Shown here: positions 19,096 through 28,901 of the stretch, piece after piece
Layout: every line of letters starts with the position of its first letter
Numbering within the stretch: position 1 is the stretch's first letter
IMG/VR virus record: IMGVR_UViG_3300037010_001382
Location: 32,001 to 96,000 of that record
Strand: one strand, 5' to 3'
DNA length: 64,000 bases
Source of the DNA: a virus
The notes under the pieces: model-generated
The model's input: the letters and a program-made list of their open reading frames with translations, nothing else
Told to the model about the DNA's origin: nothing
Databases searched by the model: none
Position numbers and translations under genes: made by a program

Positions 19096-19998
19096 ATGCC
19101 AGGGGAAGATAGACTAATAGGTCAGGCTCAAGAAGCTGTTGTAGATAATAATTTATTGGAACATAATGTAAATCGTCCTGTGGAATTGCAAATCATGGAT
19201 TTTGAGGACGAAGAACAAATGCAAGACGATCATGATGATCTTTTGGATGAACCAGAAGAACAGCCAGGATTACGTTGGGAAGATGCAGGTCAGGCTCCTG
19301 CTAATCATGCTGCAGAAATGTGGGCAAGATTAGCTGCTCAAGATCCAAATCCTCCAAGAGCAATGGCAGGAGTGGATCCATTTCAGCCGATACGTTTTAA
19401 CGTGAATCCGTTCGAAGAACCAATACGTCAGGTTCCAAATGCACAACCTGCTGGACAGGAATTTAATGCTGCACAAGAACTTGATCGTCAGATAAATCAA
19501 TTAAGACAGCAGCAACGAGCTCGTAGACCGAGACAAAGAGGCGCTGCTAGAGTAGAAGATGATAATGGTAGACACCTACCATATAATATCAATCCTCCAC
19601 AAAAGCCGCAAGCTGCAAGACCACAATTAAGAAATAATAACAACGTGAAACAAGTAATAGTAGAAGCACCAAAATACATTGATGGTGGGCATGTTCACAG
19701 AGGTTATACGTTCAGTAGAAAACTTCATTCTAAAGAAGATACGTGGTTACGTACATTTGGTTATGCATCTGTATTGGATCAATATCCAGACTTGAAGTAT
19801 GTTGAGATAGAGCAGCCGTTAAATGAAGAAGAAGAATGCATCATTGTTCTTTCTGAATTAGCAGACGCACTTGCAACTGAAGAGTGTACTAGGACAATCT
19901 CTGGTTTTTGCATTAAAACGCATAATAAGGAGTATCAAACTGTTTATAAGAAGCACATCAAAACAATAAGCTCTTTTAAGAGAATAAAGAATGGGTAA
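19096..19998 (+). CDS. Hypothetical protein with long disordered Q/P/A/R/D-rich N-terminus
   Basis: About 190 low-complexity aa followed by a globular-looking tail. Confidence 0.65.
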   Translation: MPGEDRLIGQAQEAVVDNNLLEHNVNRPVELQIMDFEDEEQMQDDHDDLLDEPEEQPGLRWEDAGQAPANHAAEMWARLAAQDPNPPRAMAGVDPFQPIRFNVNPFEEPIRQVPNAQPAGQEFNAAQELDRQINQLRQQQRARRPRQRGAARVEDDNGRHLPYNINPPQKPQAARPQLRNNNNVKQVIVEAPKYIDGGHVHRGYTFSRKLHSKEDTWLRTFGYASVLDQYPDLKYVEIEQPLNEEEECIIVLSELADALATEECTRTISGFCIKTHNKEYQTVYKKHIKTISSFKRIKNG

Positions 19999-20476
19999 AA
20001 AAGCAATGGTTACAGTTAGAGCTTTTAGGACGTTTAAGTATCCTAAAAGTGCGCTGGACAAGGTACAATTTATCGGTGATGCCACTTATAAGGCACAACA
20101 TGATCTGCAGGTAATTATTAATGAAATTCTTGTTAATGACCATGCTGAAGTAAACGTTGCTGCATTATTTGAATTTGAAGCTATAGAAGATGTAGCTTAT
20201 AAATTCAGAAAGAGGCAGATTGAAGTGGATCGTCCTGGAGATTTTGTTGGTCGTAATAAAGCTGCAAAAGCTCTTACGAATCACAAGATGGAACAGAAAT
20301 ATGGTCCATTAAATCATGAGCAGAATCCAGGATTATATGAGCTTGACCCGGAAATAAGAGATCCGCAAGGAGATTTGTTAAGGGAAGCTACCTGGTACAT
20401 GCGTGAAGAAATTGAGCGTGAATACTATCAGTATTACGATGATTTTCGTGAAATACTTAGAGCTGCAGCAAACTAA
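19991..20476 (+). CDS. Hypothetical protein
   Basis: Overlaps neighbouring genes at both ends. Confidence 0.65.
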   Translation: MGKKAMVTVRAFRTFKYPKSALDKVQFIGDATYKAQHDLQVIINEILVNDHAEVNVAALFEFEAIEDVAYKFRKRQIEVDRPGDFVGRNKAAKALTNHKMEQKYGPLNHEQNPGLYELDPEIRDPQGDLLREATWYMREEIEREYYQYYDDFREILRAAAN

Positions 20477-20673
20477 TGGATGAAGATGATGATGATGTAT
20501 TAGAAGCTTCATCTTTAACAGAATTACAAGAGTATGCTCAATCTATTTATGATAGGTTTAAAGCGACAGGAGATAAAGCTGTGAGAAAAGTTCTAAGAAA
20601 GCGATGGAAAGAAATTGTAACTAATTATAATAAGCGCGTTAACTTCGATGCTTATTATGAGGATTTAAGCTAA
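20476..20673 (+). CDS. Small hypothetical protein
   Basis: TAATG coupling; ends at a terminator. Confidence 0.6.
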   Translation: MDEDDDDVLEASSLTELQEYAQSIYDRFKATGDKAVRKVLRKRWKEIVTNYNKRVNFDAYYEDLS

Positions 20674-20674
20674 T

Positions 20675-20714
20675 AAAAAAAGGGATATGACGCAAATCAT
20701 ATCCCTTTTCTTTT
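20675..20714. terminator. Bidirectional intrinsic terminator
   Basis: A-run, AGGGATATGA-CGCAAA-TCATATCCCT, T-run; between convergent genes. Confidence 0.85.
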
Positions 20715-20724
20715 ATACTGTAAA

Positions 20725-21003
20725 TTAGTCCTTTTTCATTGATGCTACCATATCTTCAGCGTATTGCTTTAACATTTCATCAATAGTTTCTCTGGTTAGA
20801 GGATTACCATCCAAATCCTCATATTTAATAGTAATTTTACCACTGTCGAGTCCATCTGTAAAGACCGATTCTAAAGCAGTGATGAAAGGCGTATAAGCCT
20901 TAAACATGTCTTGAATTGCATTAAGTTGTTTTCCTGTAATGTTAAATGTTTCATCTTCACTCCATACTGGAGTCTGACGAAATGGTGTAAATTGTATACT
21001 CAT
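20725..21003 (-). CDS. Small hypothetical protein, lone minus-strand gene; similar to 34310-34552
   Basis: Has its own promoter and terminator; W..D....ITG.Q motif. Confidence 0.75.
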   Translation of the reverse strand: MSIQFTPFRQTPVWSEDETFNITGKQLNAIQDMFKAYTPFITALESVFTDGLDSGKITIKYEDLDGNPLTRETIDEMLKQYAEDMVASMKKD

Positions 21004-21027
21004 ATATTTGTTCTTAACTTTGAATTA

Positions 21028-21059
21028 CAAAGGTACAACAAATGTATGATTTTACCAAA
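21028..21059 (-). promoter_or_regulatory. Bacteroidetes-type promoter (minus strand)
   Basis: CAAAGGTA 21028-21035 and CAAA 21056-21059, i.e. TTTG-N20-TACCTTTG on the minus strand. Confidence 0.8.
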
Positions 21060-21064
21060 TAAAA

Positions 21065-21096
21065 TTTGTGTAAGTGCAGAAATAATTCTATTTTTG
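21065..21096 (+). promoter_or_regulatory. Bacteroidetes-type promoter for the RNR/NAD operon
   Basis: TTTG 21065-21068, N20, TATTTTTG 21089-21096. Confidence 0.8.
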
Positions 21097-21110
21097 CACA
21101 AAGAAAAGTG

Positions 21111-23720
21111 ATGATAGAAAACGAAGAATTATTAAAGTATTTTGACAATGACGAACTTGCCGCAGATGTGTGGAAGTCAAAATACCAAGTGAAGAATGAT
21201 AAAGGTGAAGCTCTGGAACGTACACCAGACGAAATGCACAAACGACTTGCGAAGGAGTTTGCGCAAAAAGAGTATGATAACTTACAAAAAGATCGTGTTA
21301 GTGATAACTTGTCTACTTTTGGACAAGTAATTCAAAAGAAAATAGGTTCGAAATCACTAGTTGATTTAGAGCAAATGTTCTTTGAATATTTTGATAAGTT
21401 CTCACAGATAGTGCCTCAGGGCTCTATAATGTCAATTCTAGGACATCCGACTAAGGTTGGTAGTTTGAGTAATTGCTTTGTAGTTCCTGCCCCACATGAC
21501 TCGTATGGTGGCATTATGAAGACTGATGAACACTTGTCTCAGCTGATGAAGCGAAGAGGTGGAGTTGGTACAAATTTGAATGGGTTACGTCCATCTAAAA
21601 CGTTAGTATCTAATGCAGCAGGCACTTCTACAGGAGCTGTCTCGTTTATGCCTAGATATAGTAATACAACAAGAGAAGTAGCACAGGATGGTCGTAGAGG
21701 AGCATTAATGCTACTTTTACACTGTTTACATCCAGATATATTTGATTTTGTAAAGATCAAGAAAGATAGAACAAAAGTAACAGGTGCTAATATTAGTGTT
21801 CTGCTTACTGATACTTTTATGTCAGCTGCTAAAGCTGATGAGGATTTTTACTGCAGATTTCCTATAGATCAATCTATAGGTGGATTTGAGCCACCAGAAT
21901 ACAATACTTTAGTGGAAACATCTAAAGGAAAGTATATAATGAGAATTAAAGCTAAGGAGCTTTTTGATCTTATTATTGAGATGGCACATGAAAATGCAGA
22001 ACCAGGTATAGCATTTATAGATCGCATTATAGACTTCTCACCTGATGGAGTTTATGAGATGTATAAGGCTATTGCTAGTAATCCTTGTGGTGAGCAATGG
22101 TTACAAGCATATGATTCTTGCAGATTGCTAGCAATTAACTTATTCTGTGTCGTTAAGAATCCTTTCACTGAAAGAGCATTTGTAGATTATGAAAAGTTAT
22201 ATGAAGTAGCATATATGCAACAGCGATTAGCAGATACACTTGTAGACCTAGAGATAGAGTATGTAGGTCGTATTATTGCTAAGATTGATTTAGATCCAGA
22301 ACCTGAAGATGTTAAGCGTGTTGAGAAAGAATTATGGCAGAATGTACTAAAGACAGCGCAAGCAGGTCGTAGAACAGGATGTGGATTTACAGCACTTGCA
22401 GATATGTTAGCAGCATTGAATCTTAAGTACGATAGTAAACAAGGTATTGAAATCATTGAGGAAGTATGCAAAGTAAAAATGTGTGCTGAATTAGATTGCT
22501 CTATCGACTTAGCTATCTTAAGAGGAGCTTTTGAAGGTTGGGATCCTAAAAAAGAATTTGAATTTAAAGGTCTGCAAAAGAATGGTAAACATTATTCTGG
22601 AAAGAATAAGTTTTATCAGATGTTAATAGACAATTTTCAAGAACAAGTACTTAGGATGTACGCTTATGGACGTCGTAATGTATCTTGGTCTACTGTAGCT
22701 CCTACAGGAACAGTGTCGATTATGACACAAACATCAAGTGGACTCGAGCCGCTCTTCTTACCATACTATATGCGTAGGAAGAAAATTAATCCTTCTGATA
22801 AACACTCACGTGTAGATTTTACGGATCAGAATGGCGATCAATGGCAAGAGTTTCCAATAATGCATCCTAAATTCAAGGAATGGATAGAAATGCGCCTTGG
22901 TACACAATCAAAGATTGAAGATCAAACAAAAGATGATCTTGATAATCTTTTCAAGATATCGCCTTGGTATGCATCAACTGCAAATGATATTGACTGGACA
23001 AAGCGTGTAGAAATACAAGCTATTATTCAGAAATATACAACTAATGCAATATCATCAACTATTAATTTACCAAATAATGTCACGAAAGAAGAAGTTGCGA
23101 GCATTTATTGGAGGGCTTGGGAGTTGGGGCTCAAAGGAGTTACTGTTTATCGAGATGGATGTCGTACTGGTGTATTGGTCTCTAATGAAGCATCATCCGT
23201 TACGAAAGAAGTTGCGTTCTCTCAAAAAGACGCAGCGAAAAGGCCTACGTCGCTTGATTGTGAAATACATGCAGTCAAGGTCAAAGGAGTAAGTTACTCT
23301 GTTATTGTATCAGTATTAAATGATCATCCTTACGAGGTTTTCATTTTGTCTGATATGGTACTTGCTTGTTCTAAAGGCGTTGTTACTAAGGAAAAGAAAG
23401 GTTTATACAATTTATATAATGTAGATGGATCTTTATGTTCATCAGATATAGGTAGTAAAATAACAGAAGAAGAAGCAGCTATTACAAGATTACTTTCTAC
23501 GAGCCTGAGACATGGTACGAATGTTAGATTCTTGGTTGAGCAGCTAAACAAAACAGAAGGTTTGATGGTAGGATTTAGTAAGGCAATTGCACGTTGTCTT
23601 AAGAAATATATACCAGAAGGCACTACTTCGAAAGAAGAATGTCCTGAATGTAAGCAACCAGCGATGGTTTACGAAGAAGGATGTAAGAAGTGTAAGAATT
23701 GCGGTTATTCAAAATGCTAA
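21111..23720 (+). CDS. nrdJ: Class II (adenosylcobalamin-dependent) ribonucleotide reductase
   Basis: SNCFV, RRGGVG, QDGRRGA, NPCGE, APTGTVS, KGVTVYRDG, C-terminal CPEC...C..C...KC; no beta-subunit gene nearby; start moved downstream of the promoter. Confidence 0.92.
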   Translation: MIENEELLKYFDNDELAADVWKSKYQVKNDKGEALERTPDEMHKRLAKEFAQKEYDNLQKDRVSDNLSTFGQVIQKKIGSKSLVDLEQMFFEYFDKFSQIVPQGSIMSILGHPTKVGSLSNCFVVPAPHDSYGGIMKTDEHLSQLMKRRGGVGTNLNGLRPSKTLVSNAAGTSTGAVSFMPRYSNTTREVAQDGRRGALMLLLHCLHPDIFDFVKIKKDRTKVTGANISVLLTDTFMSAAKADEDFYCRFPIDQSIGGFEPPEYNTLVETSKGKYIMRIKAKELFDLIIEMAHENAEPGIAFIDRIIDFSPDGVYEMYKAIASNPCGEQWLQAYDSCRLLAINLFCVVKNPFTERAFVDYEKLYEVAYMQQRLADTLVDLEIEYVGRIIAKIDLDPEPEDVKRVEKELWQNVLKTAQAGRRTGCGFTALADMLAALNLKYDSKQGIEIIEEVCKVKMCAELDCSIDLAILRGAFEGWDPKKEFEFKGLQKNGKHYSGKNKFYQMLIDNFQEQVLRMYAYGRRNVSWSTVAPTGTVSIMTQTSSGLEPLFLPYYMRRKKINPSDKHSRVDFTDQNGDQWQEFPIMHPKFKEWIEMRLGTQSKIEDQTKDDLDNLFKISPWYASTANDIDWTKRVEIQAIIQKYTTNAISSTINLPNNVTKEEVASIYWRAWELGLKGVTVYRDGCRTGVLVSNEASSVTKEVAFSQKDAAKRPTSLDCEIHAVKVKGVSYSVIVSVLNDHPYEVFILSDMVLACSKGVVTKEKKGLYNLYNVDGSLCSSDIGSKITEEEAAITRLLSTSLRHGTNVRFLVEQLNKTEGLMVGFSKAIARCLKKYIPEGTTSKEECPECKQPAMVYEEGCKKCKNCGYSKC

Positions 23721-23729
23721 AAATAAGAT

Positions 23730-24421
23730 ATGAAAAATTACAAATTATATGGAGCTATCTTGGGAGATTTAGCTGGTCAACCATATGAATTTCCTCCAAT
23801 GAAAGGTCCATATAATAATGTAGATCTTCATAATCCTAAAGCGCATATTACTGATGATACTATTATGACTTTAGCTTCTGCAGATCATATCATGTATGGC
23901 GAGAGAGATAAATTATCTATATCTCAATACTATAAATGGTGGGGTAACATGTATCCAGAAGCAGGCTATGGTAAAGGCTTAATGTAGTTGGTACATCTTG
24001 GGGCAATGGATGTTTGATGCGTGCATCTCCATTTATTTGGTCTAATGATCTGCAGGCACTGATAAGATCAGTTCAATCAAGTCATAATCACCAATATAGT
24101 TTAGAAGCAGCTTTCGAGTTGTGGAAAGCTTATAAATCAAGAAAATCGAATTTGTTTGTATCTCCTTGTGATTTTGAAGAATTTAAAGTAGATGCGAAGT
24201 CTACGATGGATTTTTGCCTGCAGATGTTCTATCATCCAGGTTCATTACAAAGAGCTATTATTAAGACGATAGAATGTGGTGGTGATACAGATACTAATGC
24301 GTCAATTGTAGGTGAATATTTCAACTATCAAATGGGCGGTATTACTAAACAAGATGCTGAGTACGTAGAATCAAAGCTGGATAAGCGTCAATTAAACATA
24401 CTTTTAAAATTCAATAAGTAA
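23730..24421 (+). pseudogene. ADP-ribosylglycohydrolase (DraG/ARH family), frameshifted near 23980
   Basis: GAILGDLAG.PYE, TDDT and YGKG in the first frame; SWGNGCLMR and GGDTDTNASIVG in the -1 frame, open from 23975. Confidence 0.8.
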
Positions 24422-24426
24422 CCGTT

Positions 24427-25314
24427 ATGCGCACATTAAACCTGGCACATGCAGATAAAGGCGATATACCCTACAAGGTTATCGCCTTTTCTGATAGCCA
24501 AAAACTCATTAACCTTGATGGCATTTATGCTAAAGGTAATACAAACATCGAGAAATCTGTTCAGATTACATCTCGCATGACATGGGAAGATGTTCAACTG
24601 ATTATATGTGCTAAAAAGGCTTTGGAAGAAGCTGGATTTAAGGAGATACATTTGTATGTTCCTTATTTCTTAGGTGCAAGATCAGATCGCAAATTCCAAA
24701 ATGGAAGTATTAACTATCTTAAGCATTTAATATGTCCAATTATAAATAACTTACAGTTTAAATCTGTGACTGTTTATGATCCACATAGTTTTTGCCTAGA
24801 GATGGGTTTAGAGAACTTCAAATGTATTAATAGTTCTAATTTGATTAGGCACTTTCTCGAGCAGGAGAAATCTAATCTTAAGAATGCAATGTGGTTAATT
24901 CCTGATAAAGGAGCTTCTGCAAAAGCTAAAGAATTAATAATAGATTCTAATTACGATGATCAGCTTGGAGAAGTCGTTGTTTGTGATAAAATCAGAGACA
25001 TACCTACAGGCAAGATTATAAAAACAGTAGTGCCTGTGATGGAATTTCATGGCAGGGACGCATTCATCGTAGACGACATATGCGATGGAGGAGGAACATT
25101 TATAGAGATTGCTAAAGTATGTAAACAACATAATGTTGGCAACATGTACTTAGTAGTTTCTCACGGTATCTTCAGTAAAGGTCTTGGCGAACTCGCACAG
25201 TACTTCCAGGGAATATATTGCACAAATTCAATAAACGATTTGAGTAAGGGTGATTCTATAAATGTCAATAACAAGGACGGCAAACTACTTGTAAAACAAT
25301 TGCCGATAGTATAA
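24427..25314 (+). CDS. PRPP synthetase-like protein (candidate ADPR-PP synthase, Adps)
   Basis: FSD, PYFLGARSDR, DPHS, PDKGA, K.RD, IVDDICDGGGTF, VSHGIFSKG. Confidence 0.9.
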   Translation: MRTLNLAHADKGDIPYKVIAFSDSQKLINLDGIYAKGNTNIEKSVQITSRMTWEDVQLIICAKKALEEAGFKEIHLYVPYFLGARSDRKFQNGSINYLKHLICPIINNLQFKSVTVYDPHSFCLEMGLENFKCINSSNLIRHFLEQEKSNLKNAMWLIPDKGASAKAKELIIDSNYDDQLGEVVVCDKIRDIPTGKIIKTVVPVMEFHGRDAFIVDDICDGGGTFIEIAKVCKQHNVGNMYLVVSHGIFSKGLGELAQYFQGIYCTNSINDLSKGDSINVNNKDGKLLVKQLPIV

Positions 25315-25316
25315 TT

Positions 25317-25889
25317 ATGTGGAATCCATTTAAGAAGAAAACTCCTTTACCTTCAGTGAACGATCTGAAGCGAGTACAGGAGAAAGAGCCTATTGACTTT
25401 TGGAGTTCAAGACACCGATTTGCTGAAGAGCAGTATAAGGTGCCTGATAATGACAATTGGAAAGGTAATAAGTATGCAGAAAGACTCATTAAAGAGTGGT
25501 TAGAACATGGTAAGATTGTTTTAGCTGTCGACTTCGATGACACCATCTATGGATGGGGATTCAAAGATTTCAAATCTAATGTGATGTTTAGTAAGACGAT
25601 ACAAATCATAAAGATGGCTCAAAAGCTTGGATGTTACGTATCAATTTGGAGCGCATGTGCGCCAGACAGGTATGACGAAATACGTAATTATGCAAAGTTT
25701 AACCAGTTTGTTATTGATAGTATCAATGAAAATCCTATCCCATTACCTTACGGTAATAACCGTAAAATGTATTACAATCATCTATTAGATGATAGAGCAG
25801 GTCTTGAACAGGCATTGTCTGTACTTGAATATTGTTGTTATCGTGTGATGAGTGATCGTAAGGTCAAAACAGACAATTTCGAAGTTTAA
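25317..25889 (+). CDS. HAD-superfamily phosphatase-like protein
   Basis: LAVDFDDTI (DxD), IWS, INEN, K.....LDDRA. Confidence 0.75.
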   Translation: MWNPFKKKTPLPSVNDLKRVQEKEPIDFWSSRHRFAEEQYKVPDNDNWKGNKYAERLIKEWLEHGKIVLAVDFDDTIYGWGFKDFKSNVMFSKTIQIIKMAQKLGCYVSIWSACAPDRYDEIRNYAKFNQFVIDSINENPIPLPYGNNRKMYYNHLLDDRAGLEQALSVLEYCCYRVMSDRKVKTDNFEV

Positions 25890-25898
25890 AAAGTAAGA

Positions 25899-26162
25899 AT
25901 GAAAAAGTTAACAATGTTTTTCCGAGTGATACTCGGAATAAAGCAATCTGCGGTAATTGAGATGCAGAAGAAGAGTAATAACGTTTTTAACGTTTTCACA
26001 AAGACTCTTAACGATCTCAAGGAAATAAACGGGATGATTGAATCCTATAAACAAGTCAAGCTTGACGTGATAGCAGCTGCACAAGTTGAACATGACGACT
26101 TGCATTCTCAGCTTGAAACTAACAACAAAATGGTTGTCAAGCTTGAGGATTTTGTAAAATAA
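25899..26162 (+). CDS. Coiled-coil hypothetical protein
   Basis: 87-aa helical ORF within the operon. Confidence 0.6.
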   Translation: MKKLTMFFRVILGIKQSAVIEMQKKSNNVFNVFTKTLNDLKEINGMIESYKQVKLDVIAAAQVEHDDLHSQLETNNKMVVKLEDFVK

Positions 26163-26190
26163 TCCTTAACAAAAAAAACAAATAAAAAGA

Positions 26191-27987
26191 GTGAGACAGA
26201 TCCAAGTATTGAATCAAACTGACTTCTACAAAGTAGGTCACCATCCTATGTACCCTGGAGGTACTACTAGGATTTATAGTAATTTAACCCCGCGCAAATC
26301 GAGAGAGAAAGGTGTAAATGAAGTAGTTGTTTTTGGGATTCAATACTTCGTTCTGGAGTATTTGATTGAACAATGGAACTCCAACTTCTTTCACACGCCA
26401 TTAGGCCACATTGCGAAGGAAGTGAAACAGCAGAGGCTGGCCCGTTATAAACGTATGATGGATAATACTCTCGGAAAAGATACTGTGAAAACAGAACATA
26501 TTGAGAAGCTTTGGGATTTAGGTTATATGCCTCTTAAGATTAAGGCTCTAGCTGAAGGTACTCTATGTCCGATAGGAATTCCTTGTTTAACTATTACGAA
26601 TACTGTAGATCATGCATTTTGGTTGGTAAATTATCTGGAAACTATTCTGTCTTGTACAGTATGGCAACCGATGACTTCAGCTACAAAAGCATTACAGTAT
26701 CGTAAGATACTCGAAAAATATGCATTACAAACTACAGGATCTATTCAAGGAGTTCAATGGCAAGGTCATGACTTTTCTATGCGTGGCATGTCTAGTCTTG
26801 AGTCTGCTTGCACGAGCGGAGCTGGGCATTTGCTTTCTTTTACTGGGACCGATATAATACCTGCTATTGAATTTCTTGAGCAGTATTACGGTGCAAATGT
26901 GGAAGAAGATCTTGTTGGAGCTTCTGTTCCTGCTACTGAACATTCCGTTATGTGTATGGGTCTTAAGGATGGGGAAATAAATACATTTGAGCGTTTGCTT
27001 GATTTGTATCCTACAGGTATCTTATCTGTAGTCTCTGATACTTGGGATTTGTGGAACGTAGTAAAGAAAGGTGGTATTTGCGACCAGTTAAAAAGTAAGA
27101 TCTTAGCTAGAAATGGCAAGCTTGTAATTCGTCCTGATTCAGGAGATCCTGTTGATATCATTTGTGGACAAGAGATAGATGATATAAAAGCAGAAGATAT
27201 TGATTCTGCAAAACTTTGGATGAAAGATTTACTAAGGCAAAAAGTGAGAGAGGAAACTCCTCATGGAGAAGCCGGTGATCCAAATCCTAGTGCTACTTAC
27301 AAGTTTCAAGGTAAGTACTACAAGATCACACTGGAAATTGAATGGAATCGCTATGATAAGCAATTTTACTTTATAGATGGATGTACCATAAAATCATTTG
27401 AAGAAGTTGAAGCTACACCTGCAATGAAGGGTGTAATTGAATGCTTATATGATGTGTTTGGCGGTACAAGATCGACTGAAGGATATATTGAGCTGATTGA
27501 TAAAATTGGCGCTATATATGGCGATTCTATAACTGAAGACAGAGCAGAACGTATCTGTAGTCGCTTAATGGCTAAAGGCTATGCTTCTACTAATGTTGTG
27601 TTCGGCATAGGTTCATTTACTTACCAGCATAATACTCGCGATACTTTTGGTTTTGCCATGAAGGCTACCTATGGTGAAGTTGCTATTGAATGTGGATGTG
27701 GAGAGGGTTATCAAAATCCTACCTGCTTACAGAATGGTAATGGTCGCATCTGTACTGAAGCTCGTGAGATCTTCAAGGATCCTATCACTGATTCAGGCGA
27801 AAAGAAGTCTGCACGTGGCTTGTTGCGTGTAGATCGTAATGAGGAGGGTAAAGTTACTCTCTACCAACAGCAGACGAAAGAACAAGAGGAAGGTGGTTTA
27901 TTACAGACTATATTCCTTGACGGTAAAATGGTTAAAACATTTACGTTAACAGAGGTTCGTGAGAATCTCAAAAATGCTACAAAATAA
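26191..27987 (+). CDS. Nicotinamide phosphoribosyltransferase-like protein (NAMPT/NadV; candidate Namat)
   Basis: TDFYKVGH..MYP, HDFSMRG, ATEHSVM, SVVSDTWD, VIRPDSGDP, YGDSIT, GIGS, RDT.GFAMKAT, KKSARG. Confidence 0.92.
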   Translation: MRQIQVLNQTDFYKVGHHPMYPGGTTRIYSNLTPRKSREKGVNEVVVFGIQYFVLEYLIEQWNSNFFHTPLGHIAKEVKQQRLARYKRMMDNTLGKDTVKTEHIEKLWDLGYMPLKIKALAEGTLCPIGIPCLTITNTVDHAFWLVNYLETILSCTVWQPMTSATKALQYRKILEKYALQTTGSIQGVQWQGHDFSMRGMSSLESACTSGAGHLLSFTGTDIIPAIEFLEQYYGANVEEDLVGASVPATEHSVMCMGLKDGEINTFERLLDLYPTGILSVVSDTWDLWNVVKKGGICDQLKSKILARNGKLVIRPDSGDPVDIICGQEIDDIKAEDIDSAKLWMKDLLRQKVREETPHGEAGDPNPSATYKFQGKYYKITLEIEWNRYDKQFYFIDGCTIKSFEEVEATPAMKGVIECLYDVFGGTRSTEGYIELIDKIGAIYGDSITEDRAERICSRLMAKGYASTNVVFGIGSFTYQHNTRDTFGFAMKATYGEVAIECGCGEGYQNPTCLQNGNGRICTEAREIFKDPITDSGEKKSARGLLRVDRNEEGKVTLYQQQTKEQEEGGLLQTIFLDGKMVKTFTLTEVRENLKNATK

Positions 27988-27988
27988 C

Positions 27989-28450
27989 ATGAAAGAGCAG
28001 AAAGAAGTAAAACCACGGCGGCCTGAAGGGCCACTAAAAGAAGGCGAGTATTTGTGTACTTTCAGATTCTACGACGGTAAAGGACGTAGACTGACTATCT
28101 GTGCTACACAGACAGGCGATACATTAAATGTAGTAGTATTGACATTGTCAGAACTACCAGATCCGGAAACAAGCATGCATGATGTTTTCTCGCGTAAAGC
28201 AGGAAGAGAGATTTATGAAGCTAATTGCAAGGGTAAGGAACTTATGGACAACTGTAAAGGACAGCGCTTCACAGTGCCGGTACTTAATGGCGAGCCACGT
28301 ACAAGTTTCTTCGCCTGGACTAACAGAACCTTTTATAAGTTGGAAACAACTCAGATTTTGGTTCCACAGGAAGTTGTTTATCTGGTTAAGGCTGACAAGC
28401 GTAAGGTTAAGAGCCGTAAGCTTATAAAAACAGTCCATAAGGAGAAATAA
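27989..28450 (+). CDS. Hypothetical protein
   Basis: ATG 1 nt after the NAMPT stop; D.FSRKAGR motif. Confidence 0.6.
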   Translation: MKEQKEVKPRRPEGPLKEGEYLCTFRFYDGKGRRLTICATQTGDTLNVVVLTLSELPDPETSMHDVFSRKAGREIYEANCKGKELMDNCKGQRFTVPVLNGEPRTSFFAWTNRTFYKLETTQILVPQEVVYLVKADKRKVKSRKLIKTVHKEK

Positions 28451-28879
28451 TTGAAAGTAAAAATAAAAAAACTGTATAGTGAAGCTGTGATTCCTTCCTA
28501 TGCAAAAGAAGGAGATGCAGGATTAGATTTGACTGCTGTTTGGCATGAGGATCATATGGACCTTGGAGAGGGAAAAGTTGGATACCAAGAATATGGTACT
28601 GGTTTAGCACTAGAGATACCGAAAGGATTTTTAGGGTTCTTATTACCAAGGTCGAGTATTACTACTAAAGATATGATACTAAAGAATAGCATTGGCTTAA
28701 TAGATTCTGGATATAGAGGCGAACTGAAACTTCGTTTTATGGGTTCAGCAGATTATAAGGTTGGTGAAAGAGTAGGTCAGTTAGTAATAATGCCATTTCC
28801 TGAAATTGAATTGGAAGAAGTTGATGAACTTGAAGGCTCTGAAAGGGGTATTGGAGGTCATGGTAGCACAGGCAGTTAA
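28451..28879 (+). CDS. dut: Trimeric dUTPase
   Basis: AGLDL, PRSS, GLIDSGYRGE, GERVGQL, RGIGGHGSTG. Confidence 0.95.
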   Translation: MKVKIKKLYSEAVIPSYAKEGDAGLDLTAVWHEDHMDLGEGKVGYQEYGTGLALEIPKGFLGFLLPRSSITTKDMILKNSIGLIDSGYRGELKLRFMGSADYKVGERVGQLVIMPFPEIELEEVDELEGSERGIGGHGSTGS

Positions 28880-28901
28880 AAAGAGTAAAGTTTAGATATA
28901 T

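Noticed and set aside
23985-23987. Amber read-through to repair the ADP-ribosylglycohydrolase
   Set aside because: The downstream half is in a different frame, so read-through would not join them; the CGGA-type +1 shift does not apply either.
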